Source: a bacterium (GTDB taxonomy: Bacteria > Hinthialibacterota > Hinthialibacteria > Hinthialibacterales > Hinthialibacteraceae). From it: DNA of 64,000 nt. Both the position numbers and the translations under genes were made by a program. This document shows, in pieces, positions 17,853 through 27,107 of this stretch. The stretch lies in contig CAXXMV010000008.1 of the NCBI GenBank assembly GCA_963662285.2, positions 256,001 to 320,000 of the forward strand, in the 5' to 3' direction. Under the pieces are notes generated by a model. That model had not been told where the DNA came from, did no database searches, and saw only the letters and a program-made list of their open reading frames with translations. Each line of letters starts with the position of its first letter. Within the stretch, counting starts at the first letter, position 1.

Positions 17853-19028
17853 TTACATATCCACCCATGAGTTGTTATTATTACTGCTTTCGAGGACTTT
17901 ATTGATAAAGTAAATGCCGAAGCGACCATCTTCGACGGTGGCGTATTGTGATCCATCGGCGCCTTGATAGGTTCCAGTTTGATAGGCACGGACATCTTTT
18001 TCAAAGCAGCGGTGTAGACGAGCAAAAGCGTCGTGAAAGGCTTCGCCGTGACCTGAGGGAATAGTAGGTTCGCCCAGCAGCGTATCGGGAATATCGCCGA
18101 AGAAGCCGTCGTTAGGCTGAACTTCACCACGCCAATAGATGCGGTATGGCTGGCCTGGAAGACGAATTTCAACCTTCTCAGGTTCTTCCTGACGCCAAAG
18201 CAGGCTGCCCTTGTCGCCGTTAACTTCGATGCTCATATCATTCAAATGACCGATGCAGATTTGGGAAGTGCGAACAATAGCGCGACCGCCGTTATTTAGT
18301 TGGGCGTAAACCGTCATGTGATCGTCCAATGCGCGGTTTTCGACGAAAGTTTCCATGTGACCACAAATCTTGACTGGTTCCAGACCTGTTACATAGCGCA
18401 GTTGCATCATGGCGTGGGTGCCGATGTCGCCGCCGCAGCCGCTGGCGCCAGAGCGTTTAGGATCAACGCGCCATTCAGCCTGCATGCAGCCGGTATCTTC
18501 GGTTCGGGTTGAGAGCCATCCCTGGATGTAACTCGCATCAACCCAACGCACTTTACCCAACAACCCCGAACGAACAATGAAACGGGAAAGACGGCTAGAC
18601 CAATGTCCCAGATAAGTATGAGCCGTGCAGAAAGGAATCTTCTTTTCATTAACGATTTTAACCAGCTGATCTGATTCATCCAAAGTAACGGTCAAAGGTT
18701 TTTCACAGAAAACCGGGATGCCTTTTTCCAGGGCTTTTTTGGCTGGATCAAAATGTACGTGGTTGGGAGTAACGATCAGAATATAATCAAGGCGCTCGCC
18801 TTCAGGTTTTTTCATCTCTTCATCGAGCATCTCGTCATAACTTTTATATCCGCGAATCGGATAAGCCCACGCTTCGGCTTCGCTCATGGCAATTGCGGGA
18901 TCAGGATGCAAAGCAGCGCATGCGACTCTCCGCGTTCCATCGAAAAAGATAGCTTTTTGATGAGGATTAACGATAAAAGCGCCGCCGCCTCCGCCAACCA
19001 ACCCAACGTTCAAAGGACGATTTGACAT
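17853..19028 (-). CDS. Gfo/Idh/MocA family oxidoreductase
   Basis: VGLVGGG, VTPNHVH, CEKPL, GDIGTH. Confidence 0.92.
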   Translation of the reverse strand: MSNRPLNVGLVGGGGGAFIVNPHQKAIFFDGTRRVACAALHPDPAIAMSEAEAWAYPIRGYKSYDEMLDEEMKKPEGERLDYILIVTPNHVHFDPAKKALEKGIPVFCEKPLTVTLDESDQLVKIVNEKKIPFCTAHTYLGHWSSRLSRFIVRSGLLGKVRWVDASYIQGWLSTRTEDTGCMQAEWRVDPKRSGASGCGGDIGTHAMMQLRYVTGLEPVKICGHMETFVENRALDDHMTVYAQLNNGGRAIVRTSQICIGHLNDMSIEVNGDKGSLLWRQEEPEKVEIRLPGQPYRIYWRGEVQPNDGFFGDIPDTLLGEPTIPSGHGEAFHDAFARLHRCFEKDVRAYQTGTYQGADGSQYATVEDGRFGIYFINKVLESSNNNNSWVDM

Positions 19029-19184
19029 AGTAATTCTCCTTTTAAGTACAAAAATATTTATAAATGGTTTTTTCCATTAAAATTAAGTTAAAGCACATTA
19101 ATGCTATCCAAAATATCATCAAAAATATAGGTTTAGAGGTGATTACGCATCACTTTTCCTATTAGAGTGTTTCGATTTAGCGCC

Positions 19185-20192
19185 CTACCGATAAAGTTCC
19201 CAATTGACTGCATCTGATAGCCCGATCACCAGTTCAGCGCGCTCAATCATATCGTCAGTAATCATCCAGGGGTCGCTCAGGCCGCCCTGCGCATTCAGGT
19301 TCAAATACAACGTTTCAGTAACAAAATCGACTACGGGAATCTCTGCAGGATTTTGGCCGCCCAATATCGCGGCGGCCATTTCACCAGCGGCATAACCGAC
19401 CTGCTTATAGTTAGGCCCCAAGTCGAACAAAGTTCCCTGCTCAACGCCTCCACTGCCCACTGTGTAAACCGGGATGCTATTAGCGGCAGTCAAAGCCGTC
19501 ACCTGAGAGATTACGTAACGCACTGTGCTCTCTCCGTTTACATAGATAGCCTGGATGCCTTGTTGGATAAGTTCTTCAACTTTGCCTAGCACTTGATCCG
19601 AAGAGTCAGCGGTTGCTTCCAGCAGTTCGATCTGCAACTCGGCGCATATTTCACGGGCCTGTCCGGTTTGAAACACTGAGTTTGCTTCGGCGGTATTATA
19701 GACCAGACCAACCTTGCTCAATGCGGGAAACATCTCACGAGCCAGGGGAAAAGCTTGTTTTACCGGGTTTGGATTGGAGATGCCAGTCATATAATCCGGC
19801 TTTACACCATCCTGAGTCACGCCGACATCAGCGATATAAGCGGATGTAACAAAGGCGAAAACATGGGGAACCTTGGTATCAACATTAGCGTTTGCAACCG
19901 CTTGCAGCGATGGAGTGCTCAAAGAGATAATCAGATCAAAGCCCTCCTGCACGATGCTCCCGGCTAAAGCGGCAAGCGTATCCAGATCGCCCTGCGCATC
20001 GAATTCGGTAATTTGAATTTGGTCGCCTACTGCATATCCATTATCAGCCAAAGCCATAGTGATTGAAGTCAAAGTAATATTGCAGGAGTAATTCGAGTTA
20101 AGTTTCACAACCGCAACTTTTTCACTCCACCCAAGCGAAGAGCTAATTGCCGCTATACCCCATATTAATATGCCATAAAAAAATCTCTTCAT
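19185..20192 (-). CDS. ABC transporter substrate-binding protein (ABC_sub_bind type) with C-terminal W-tail
   Basis: Signal peptide; DAQGD, GLVYNTAEANS, G..AGEMAAAIL.G.NPAEIPV; ends SDAVNWELYR. Confidence 0.85.
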   Translation of the reverse strand: MKRFFYGILIWGIAAISSSLGWSEKVAVVKLNSNYSCNITLTSITMALADNGYAVGDQIQITEFDAQGDLDTLAALAGSIVQEGFDLIISLSTPSLQAVANANVDTKVPHVFAFVTSAYIADVGVTQDGVKPDYMTGISNPNPVKQAFPLAREMFPALSKVGLVYNTAEANSVFQTGQAREICAELQIELLEATADSSDQVLGKVEELIQQGIQAIYVNGESTVRYVISQVTALTAANSIPVYTVGSGGVEQGTLFDLGPNYKQVGYAAGEMAAAILGGQNPAEIPVVDFVTETLYLNLNAQGGLSDPWMITDDMIERAELVIGLSDAVNWELYR

Positions 20193-20222
20193 GCTTCAAA
20201 TCCTTTCAACAATTTGTTCAGT

Positions 20223-21485
20223 TTAATCGCCCAAATGACGATCCAACCACTCAAAAGCGCATTCCTGCATCTCTACCGAGAAGGTATGGTCATTATCAAA
20301 GAATTTATATTGATAGTTCTGCGGCGCTTCCATTTTAGCGTATATCTTCTCAATTTTCTCACAGGCGCATTTCATACTTTCCAGAGTATAAAGACCATCT
20401 TTAGAACATTGAAGAACCATCAATGGATTTGGAGCGCAGGCGCCGATCATATCCGGCAAATCCATAAAATGAGTTAAACCGGGTAGAAAATGCGAGAAAG
20501 AATGAGTGTCGACATGAGCCTTGATCAGCTGACGCAGGCAGGCCATCCAACCCACCGAAACGGCGCATTTGATGCGGTCATCCAATGCGCAAAGGTAATT
20601 GGTGCGGTCGCCGCCCATAGAGATGCCCAGGCAGCCGATTCTCGACGCATCAACTTCAGGACGCGACGCGAGATAGTCAACCGTGCGCATTTCATCCCAA
20701 CAGGCGATCCCCTGCCAGGTGGTTCCACCCCAGAAAAGAGATTTAGCCAGGGTGGCTTCTCCACGCCCGGCGCGGCGGTTAGCCTGTTGGATATCATCCA
20801 TGCTGTAGTTATCCAGGTTCATCCCCAGTGAATTCATATCATCAAAAAGAGTGCGGCGTTGCCCAAAGTAAAAACGGTCGATTGAAATAACTACATAGCC
20901 CCGTTTGACCAGTTCTTCAGACGTGCTTCGGCCGCCGTATCCATTCTGCTTCAATTCAGTCAAAGCGGGATGCGGCTTCCTCATGGGCATTACTTTTTCT
21001 TTGCCAAACACAAATTTCCCGGCATGACAATGTAAATCCACAATAGCGGGACGTTTGCCGGAAAACTTCTTGGGGATCAAAACATAAGCGGGAATACGGA
21101 ACCAGGGCGTGGTATTAAACATAACCGTCTCCCTGGTATACTCAGGCGTTTCCCAGCGATCAATCACTTCCGGATTCAGATCAACCACCGGCGGATCGTA
21201 ATGTAAGAGTTCATAAACTTTACCCTGAACCACTTTCCGGAACTCAGCAGGATTATCATAATCATGATTAAGACATGACATGGGATAATCATTTTGATTA
21301 GCAATGGTTTTGATATCATCAAAAAGAGTACCAATATCAGCGCCGGTTTGATGCGAAGCATCCGGGCCGATTGCAGCTGAAACATTTTTGGATGTTGCGG
21401 CTGCTATGATTCCACTGGTGGCTATCACTTGTTTGGCGAATGATCTTCGCGTAAATTCGTTTTCACTTTTCATAACTAGTTCCAT
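20223..21485 (-). CDS. Tat-exported alpha/beta hydrolase (dienelactone hydrolase-like)
   Basis: TRRSF twin-arginine signal; GISMGG nucleophile elbow; C-terminal D and H. Confidence 0.85.
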   Translation of the reverse strand: MELVMKSENEFTRRSFAKQVIATSGIIAAATSKNVSAAIGPDASHQTGADIGTLFDDIKTIANQNDYPMSCLNHDYDNPAEFRKVVQGKVYELLHYDPPVVDLNPEVIDRWETPEYTRETVMFNTTPWFRIPAYVLIPKKFSGKRPAIVDLHCHAGKFVFGKEKVMPMRKPHPALTELKQNGYGGRSTSEELVKRGYVVISIDRFYFGQRRTLFDDMNSLGMNLDNYSMDDIQQANRRAGRGEATLAKSLFWGGTTWQGIACWDEMRTVDYLASRPEVDASRIGCLGISMGGDRTNYLCALDDRIKCAVSVGWMACLRQLIKAHVDTHSFSHFLPGLTHFMDLPDMIGACAPNPLMVLQCSKDGLYTLESMKCACEKIEKIYAKMEAPQNYQYKFFDNDHTFSVEMQECAFEWLDRHLGD

Positions 21486-21504
21486 TTATCCACCATTAAA
21501 ATGA

Positions 21505-24500
21505 TTAATCAAACAAACACAAACGCTCCACATAATCTTTCGAACCATCATTAGACCAGGAATCCAACTGGCTGGGGTCCTTCAATTGTTGGCCTCTTAA
21601 ACGTGGAACCACCATATAGAAGAACGAGGCGTTTTGCAGGGATGTAATGTCGCCCCATAGTTTTTCAAACTGAGCCACCGGGAATACATCTTCCTGCCCA
21701 TGTCCCCAACGGCGCTTGACGTCCTTGATGGTTACATAGGTCGGCACGCGGGCTGCCATGCGGCGCACGGCGGCGGATAATTTTTCCTGCTCGCCGAATA
21801 AATCCTGTCGCGTGATTTCAAAAAGTTCGAGCAATTTATCAATATCGATCCAGGTGGTCAGAGTATTGTAGAAGCGCAACTTAAACTCGTCCGACTCACG
21901 CGGTTGAGCAAGACCTTCCAGCAACCTAACCTTGCCATTCACGTTAGCCAACCCGCCGCCCCGGTCTTCCAGGCGCTTGGGGATCACTTCAAATGACATC
22001 GATTTACCTGATTTAATATGTAAACCCAGGATGCCTGGATCAAGATTAGCGCCCAGCGTATCAATATTATGCACCATCAAATATTTCAAGTTAGGCTGTT
22101 CCTTTAATAATCCAGCCAACACGCCATTCTGGATCATATTGGGAATTTCGTAAAAATGACCAGGAGGATTAAAGCGCTGCAAGGGCAGATTGTCGGTGTA
22201 GTAATTCCCTTCCCCCATGCCGCCAGCCCAATCTTTTAAGGCGCCGCGGATTGATTCACGGACTTTCTGTTTATTCTCATCCAGCATCTCCTGAGGCATC
22301 TCTTCCCATAGGAACATCAAGTCGCGCACCATGGGAATCAAACGATGACTGATAAAACGTCCCGGCGATAGACGCAAGGCGCCCTCATATCCATATTGCT
22401 GATGCATATCAATATTTTTCTGGATAGGGGCATGGGTCAGATAACTGGTGGTTAACACATGAGGAATAGTTGTATTATATTGCTTCATCACCGAACGGCT
22501 TTTGGCCAGATGAATTTCCAGAAAACTGCGGTGCCGTCCAGCATAATTAACAAACGGACTGATTGCTTTAACTACTCCCGCACCGCTGGTCCACCGGCTT
22601 CCCATACCGGCAGCCAGTGAAACAACCGCCGCCTCACCGTTACTGATGGCATCCCGGCCAAGTTTTACTGCATCATCAGCAATATTGTTTTCAGTGATAT
22701 AAACATCATTATCCGCTACATCGGCGATTTCCAAATCTATCGGCAAGCGGTTGCGCGCCAAACCGATTCTTCCCTGACGCAGGTCTTCGCGCAATTGCTC
22801 TTGCTGAACATTATCATAACCATTTTCGGCTTTGATCTTTTCAACTTCCGTCTCCCAATCAGAGTGCGCATTGCCTGTTGCACTGGAAGAATGAGGAAAC
22901 AGGTTATTGACAAGGGTGCGCAGAGTTGAAATCAGTTCGCTGTCCTGGTTGCATTGGTTGGTGAAATGATCCAGATCAAGACTTCTGGAAGCGGCGACAT
23001 GCTCCGGCTTGGATTTGACCATCTCTGGTATCTGCAAAGCATAATAGCGCTCCGGCATCATACTTTGGTCGCCATCCAGTAGAGCGGCGGACGTTCCTTT
23101 TTGGTTTATCTTGAAATCATACACCACTGGATCAATCGCGAAGGGCAAAGCCTCTTGCATTTCATTTTTGGTTTGCTGCATAATCTGTTGGATATCATCA
23201 ACGAAAGCGTCTCGGCGTTCAGGCGCCACGAACATAGCCATGCCGCCGCCTGACATACCGCCCGTCATCAGGAAACCCCAAAAATCAGCGCCATATTTAT
23301 CTCTGGCCCGTTGGATAATGGTTTCAGTAAAGTGATTAGTTACCCAAGGGATAATAGTCTTGAGAGGTTCATCCCAATTTTTAGTGGTTAAACCGCCCAG
23401 CGTTTTAATGTCATTAGCTTCCAGCGCCTGGCAAATCTGATTAAAAATACCATACATATTCTGGCGGGCGTCCCACTCATCTTTAACCCGCAGCAGATAT
23501 TTCTCAGTCACCATCTCCAAGATCGGGCCGACGTTTTGAGCCATACCACCGTGAATCAGAACCAGCGAACGGGAGAGATTATCTCTGATTTCCAGAACTT
23601 TTTCTTCATTCCATACATCGTGTTTCGGCATCAGACGTCCCTGGCTGATCTGGTATTCAGGATCGCCCTGCTGCGCTTCCACGCCATAGATTTTCTTGAT
23701 CCCCGGCCAGATGCCGCCAGAATCCTGCCAACCGCCGCCTGAACCGCCTAACCATTCTCCCAGTATCGCCCGTGATGCAACCAGGCGGCGCGCTTCTTCA
23801 TCCAATTGACCGGTAAAACTATTGGTCTGAGCAGTCGCTCTCATCAATACCGCGATAATAGAGGCCAACAAGTTGGTCGATACCGCCAATCGTGAACCTT
23901 TAGGAATGTTGTTAACTTTGGTTACCAGTTCGATACCCATGTTCTGACCGACGATTTCGGCCAGGATTTTAGCCAGCGATTGGCCGGTTCCCTCGAATGA
24001 AGGCGCAATTAAACCGGAAGCGATCACTCCGGCTTTCAATAAGCCCAGATAATCGTTGCCGAAGTTGAATAGGTCTTCTAAATCGCTTATATCCTTGGTG
24101 GCGTCCAAATCGACGCTGGTCAGCCTGATAATCGGTTCGCTGATTACCCGCACGTAGGTTTCAATTGGGGGAGAGATTTCCGCGTCGCGGCCATGCACTC
24201 CCAAGTCGATAGAAATATTAAGCACCCGTGCGCCTTCGGGATAATCCATACCCAAGAAGAAAATATCCGACCAACCGCTATGAGATAAATCCAGCCGAAC
24301 CGGGGTTTTTTCACATAGAATAGGGTAAAGCGCAGAGCCTTCTTTTCGTTCAGTCAGTTGGCGCACGATGCGGATAGGATTATCCACCGCATAGCCCACC
24401 CGGAACATCCATTGGTTGCCCCGTGATGCGCGGACTGATTTCCTGACCTGATAGATCAAGGTCTCAAAGGTCAAATCATGATAACATTGGGCGATTGCGC

Positions 24501-24843
24501 TAAACAGCGTTCCATTAGCGCCATGCGTTTTAACGTCGCCTAATAATTGCTGGAGCGCTTCTTCAAACCGACGGTCCAGGATATTTTCATAAGTTTGATA
24601 CGGGATAAATCCCACCCGCGCCGTCTCCTCATCCTCCATCAAATGGAATCGGTAAATATGATAAAGGAAGATGCAGGCGCGCACCCGCTCATAAAGATTG
24701 GCGCTGGATCGGCGCAAGACTTCCAATTCAGAACATGCCAGGAGTATTTCGCCGTAGTTCATCTCCCCAACCAGTTCGGTTATTGAACGGTTCCGAACCG
24801 CAGGATCGCTGCTGGTAATAGTTTCAACAAATATATTAGTCAT
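21505..24843 (-). CDS. GHMP sugar kinase / UDP-sugar pyrophosphorylase fusion
   Basis: PVRLDL, IPKGSRLAVS, GGGWQD, GGMSGGG (GHMP kinase); LAAGMGSRW, PPGH, HNIDTLG (UDPGP). Likely start MTNIF at 24843; the ORF-track extension runs through a repeat. Confidence 0.8.
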   Translation of the reverse strand: MTNIFVETITSSDPAVRNRSITELVGEMNYGEILLACSELEVLRRSSANLYERVRACIFLYHIYRFHLMEDEETARVGFIPYQTYENILDRRFEEALQQLLGDVKTHGANGTLFSAIAQCYHDLTFETLIYQVRKSVRASRGNQWMFRVGYAVDNPIRIVRQLTERKEGSALYPILCEKTPVRLDLSHSGWSDIFFLGMDYPEGARVLNISIDLGVHGRDAEISPPIETYVRVISEPIIRLTSVDLDATKDISDLEDLFNFGNDYLGLLKAGVIASGLIAPSFEGTGQSLAKILAEIVGQNMGIELVTKVNNIPKGSRLAVSTNLLASIIAVLMRATAQTNSFTGQLDEEARRLVASRAILGEWLGGSGGGWQDSGGIWPGIKKIYGVEAQQGDPEYQISQGRLMPKHDVWNEEKVLEIRDNLSRSLVLIHGGMAQNVGPILEMVTEKYLLRVKDEWDARQNMYGIFNQICQALEANDIKTLGGLTTKNWDEPLKTIIPWVTNHFTETIIQRARDKYGADFWGFLMTGGMSGGGMAMFVAPERRDAFVDDIQQIMQQTKNEMQEALPFAIDPVVYDFKINQKGTSAALLDGDQSMMPERYYALQIPEMVKSKPEHVAASRSLDLDHFTNQCNQDSELISTLRTLVNNLFPHSSSATGNAHSDWETEVEKIKAENGYDNVQQEQLREDLRQGRIGLARNRLPIDLEIADVADNDVYITENNIADDAVKLGRDAISNGEAAVVSLAAGMGSRWTSGAGVVKAISPFVNYAGRHRSFLEIHLAKSRSVMKQYNTTIPHVLTTSYLTHAPIQKNIDMHQQYGYEGALRLSPGRFISHRLIPMVRDLMFLWEEMPQEMLDENKQKVRESIRGALKDWAGGMGEGNYYTDNLPLQRFNPPGHFYEIPNMIQNGVLAGLLKEQPNLKYLMVHNIDTLGANLDPGILGLHIKSGKSMSFEVIPKRLEDRGGGLANVNGKVRLLEGLAQPRESDEFKLRFYNTLTTWIDIDKLLELFEITRQDLFGEQEKLSAAVRRMAARVPTYVTIKDVKRRWGHGQEDVFPVAQFEKLWGDITSLQNASFFYMVVPRLRGQQLKDPSQLDSWSNDGSKDYVERLCLFD

Positions 24844-24892
24844 TCGCTCACATCTCGTTGAGTGTTTTGCATGTAACAAGGTTAGCCAGTAT

Positions 24893-24978
24893 CCCTCCCC
24901 CAAGTCTGGGGGAGGCCAGGAGGGGGTTGATGGGTAGAAACGCAACCCCCCTCTAACTCCCCCCAGGCTTGGGGGGAG
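24893..24978. repeat. Paired GC-rich palindromic repeat (CCCCC...GGGGG type)
   Basis: ccctcccccaagtctgggggaggccaggagggggttg and its inverted counterpart caacccccctctaactccccccaggcttggggggaga. Confidence 0.7.
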
Positions 24979-25007
24979 AATGTCATCATTAAGAACTGCT
25001 TGGACTC

Positions 25008-25961
25008 TTACTTCTTCCTCTGCTCTTGCTGCAACAAAATCTCAGTCAGATTACTGAGCATTTTTTCCCGGTCGCCGCCCGATAAAGCCAAGGCGATTTG
25101 AGCTTCAACATAGCCATAGGGCACGCCGATGTTATAACGGTGTCCACAGGTCTCAAGCGCCAGGTACTTTTCCTGACGAGCCAACTCACGCAATGCCACT
25201 GTTAGTTGTATTTCTTTATTTCCCCGTGAAACATCCTTGATCTGCTCATCCAAAATTTCAAAAATCCTGGGAGTCAAAACATGCATCCCGAAAAAGCACA
25301 GATAATGTCCAGGGCGCAATCCCGGTACATGCAGAGAGCATTCAGCGATGCTGATATTGGGCTTTTCCAGCATCTCCTCGATTTGGTAGACCTGATGTTT
25401 TCCAGAAACTCGCTTACCGCCGATAGTGCCATATAGATGAATCAAATGTTCGCGGGTCTCTTGCACAGCGGCGACGGAGCATCCTTCTTCCTGAGCCAAC
25501 TCAATAATCTGAGTGGCGCAACGGCGCGACTCATCGGAAATATACAAGTGATCTCCTAATAAAAGCAGAAAAGGTTCATCACCCACAAACTCCCTGGCGC
25601 ACCAGACCGCATGACCGAATCCCTGGGGAGAATCCTGGGGGATAAACTGCATACGCCGTTCAAGGTTTTTGATGCGCTCGGCTTGTTCAATCGCCCAATC
25701 AGAACCTTTATAAGATTCCAGCAAATTTTGCGATATGGCATTGAACTGCCCCCGGTAGTGTTCTTCATCCCCCGGCGCCGAGATAACGGCGATGGACTCA
25801 ATGCCGCTATCCAGGGCTTCCTCGCCGATTATTTGCAGAACCGGCTTTTCCAATCCATCCCGGTCAACAAAGGGCTGCATCCCTTTTTGGACGGTAGTCG
25901 AAACGGGAGACTGCCTCGCCCTTCTACCAGCGGCTGTAATAACGGCTTTTTTAATATTCAT
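25008..25961 (-). CDS. Sugar-phosphate nucleotidyltransferase (GalU-like)
   Basis: KAVITAAG, Q..PQGFGHAV, LLLGDH, EKP; start at MNIKK (25961). Confidence 0.85.
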   Translation of the reverse strand: MNIKKAVITAAGRRARQSPVSTTVQKGMQPFVDRDGLEKPVLQIIGEEALDSGIESIAVISAPGDEEHYRGQFNAISQNLLESYKGSDWAIEQAERIKNLERRMQFIPQDSPQGFGHAVWCAREFVGDEPFLLLLGDHLYISDESRRCATQIIELAQEEGCSVAAVQETREHLIHLYGTIGGKRVSGKHQVYQIEEMLEKPNISIAECSLHVPGLRPGHYLCFFGMHVLTPRIFEILDEQIKDVSRGNKEIQLTVALRELARQEKYLALETCGHRYNIGVPYGYVEAQIALALSGGDREKMLSNLTEILLQQEQRKK

Positions 25962-26174
25962 ATTTTTTCCTGCGCAATTAATTATTAATCGAACATATTC
26001 TGATAGAGCCACAAACTCTAGCATCCTGTTATCATTGATTTTACAGGACTTTTGTAATTTGCCTAGAACAGCAAAACTCAACAATGCTCTAACATACCGA
26101 TAGATATAAAAAGCACAGTACAAGAATCCATAAATCCAAAAAGATTTCTTTTCAAGCAGAAATAACAAATCCAG

Positions 26175-26214
26175 CGTAGTTCAGAGTTACTTGTATCAGG
26201 AACTCTGAACTACG
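26175..26214. repeat. GTAG-ended perfect inverted repeat (REP-like)
   Basis: cgtagttcagagtt-N12-aactctgaactacg, 14-bp arms. Confidence 0.65.
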
Positions 26215-26458
26215 TTTAAATCAAGTTTATCCATGCACTTGCACCATAATATATCCTGTAAACCGATATATCCATTAATATATTATTCGATTCTTTTTAC
26301 ATTATTTCCCAAATTCCACTATAATGCTGTAGACGCCGGATAGCGCTTTATGGAATAATACGTATTGAGTTTGGTCTAATATCGTTCTGGTTTGAGAGAA
26401 AGCCCTCAATCCATATGAGTAACCCTTTATATTAATAAAATATTATGAGGAGTGAAAA

Positions 26459-27016
26459 ATGGACTCGCTATACACCTTGAAACATGAACACGATTTAATA
26501 CGGCAAGCGCTGGATAACATCACATTAGCCAAAGAAGATATGGAAAACGGCAAGCAACCGCCGGTGGAATTCTTTAAAAAATCCTTGGATTTTTTCCGTA
26601 CCTTAGTAATTCAACAACATCACATCAAAGAAGAACATCTAATGTTCGGCTTATTGGGTCAAAAAAGAAACCGAAGCATTGATTATCATATTGAAGTTAT
26701 CAACCACCAACATAACCATGGACGGGCAATGATTTATGAACTAGCTCAAGCCCTGGAAGAGTGTTCCGAAGGTGATAACTACCCTACCGAAAAACTAATG
26801 GAATATACTTCCAATTACGCTTCATTGCTCAGAAAACAATTGCAAACGGAAGATTATATTGTATATCCCATGGCTGAGAAGGAACTAACCGATGAAGAGA
26901 TGAAATCTTTCGAGAAGGTTTTCCAAAGAGAAGAAGCTAAAAACGCCGGTAAGTATATGGAAATTGGTTGTAAATTAGTCAACGAGATGGGTTTGATCTT
27001 GATCGCCGATAAGTAG
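26459..27016 (+). CDS. Hemerythrin-like domain protein
   Basis: EHDLI, HHIKEE.LMF, QH..GR, ED.IVYPMA. Confidence 0.82.
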   Translation: MDSLYTLKHEHDLIRQALDNITLAKEDMENGKQPPVEFFKKSLDFFRTLVIQQHHIKEEHLMFGLLGQKRNRSIDYHIEVINHQHNHGRAMIYELAQALEECSEGDNYPTEKLMEYTSNYASLLRKQLQTEDYIVYPMAEKELTDEEMKSFEKVFQREEAKNAGKYMEIGCKLVNEMGLILIADK

Positions 27017-27064
27017 AACAAAAGTCCATTTGCATCAATTCAAAATATTCCGAGTCATTAAATT

Positions 27065-27103
27065 AAAGGCTCCAGTTCGTGATAAGAACTGGAGCCTTTT
27101 TTT
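27065..27103. terminator. Bidirectional terminator
   Basis: aaaggctccagttc-N7-gaactggagccttttttt between convergent genes. Confidence 0.8.
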
Positions 27104-27107
27104 ACAA

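Noticed and set aside
17853-17880. Gfo/Idh/MocA C-terminus SWVDM as a fourth W-tail
   Set aside because: Cytoplasmic enzyme without a signal peptide; a near-terminal Trp is normal for this family.
24844-24945. ORF-track N-terminal extension MRFYPSTPSWPPPDLGEG
   Set aside because: It is a translation of the intergenic palindromic repeat.
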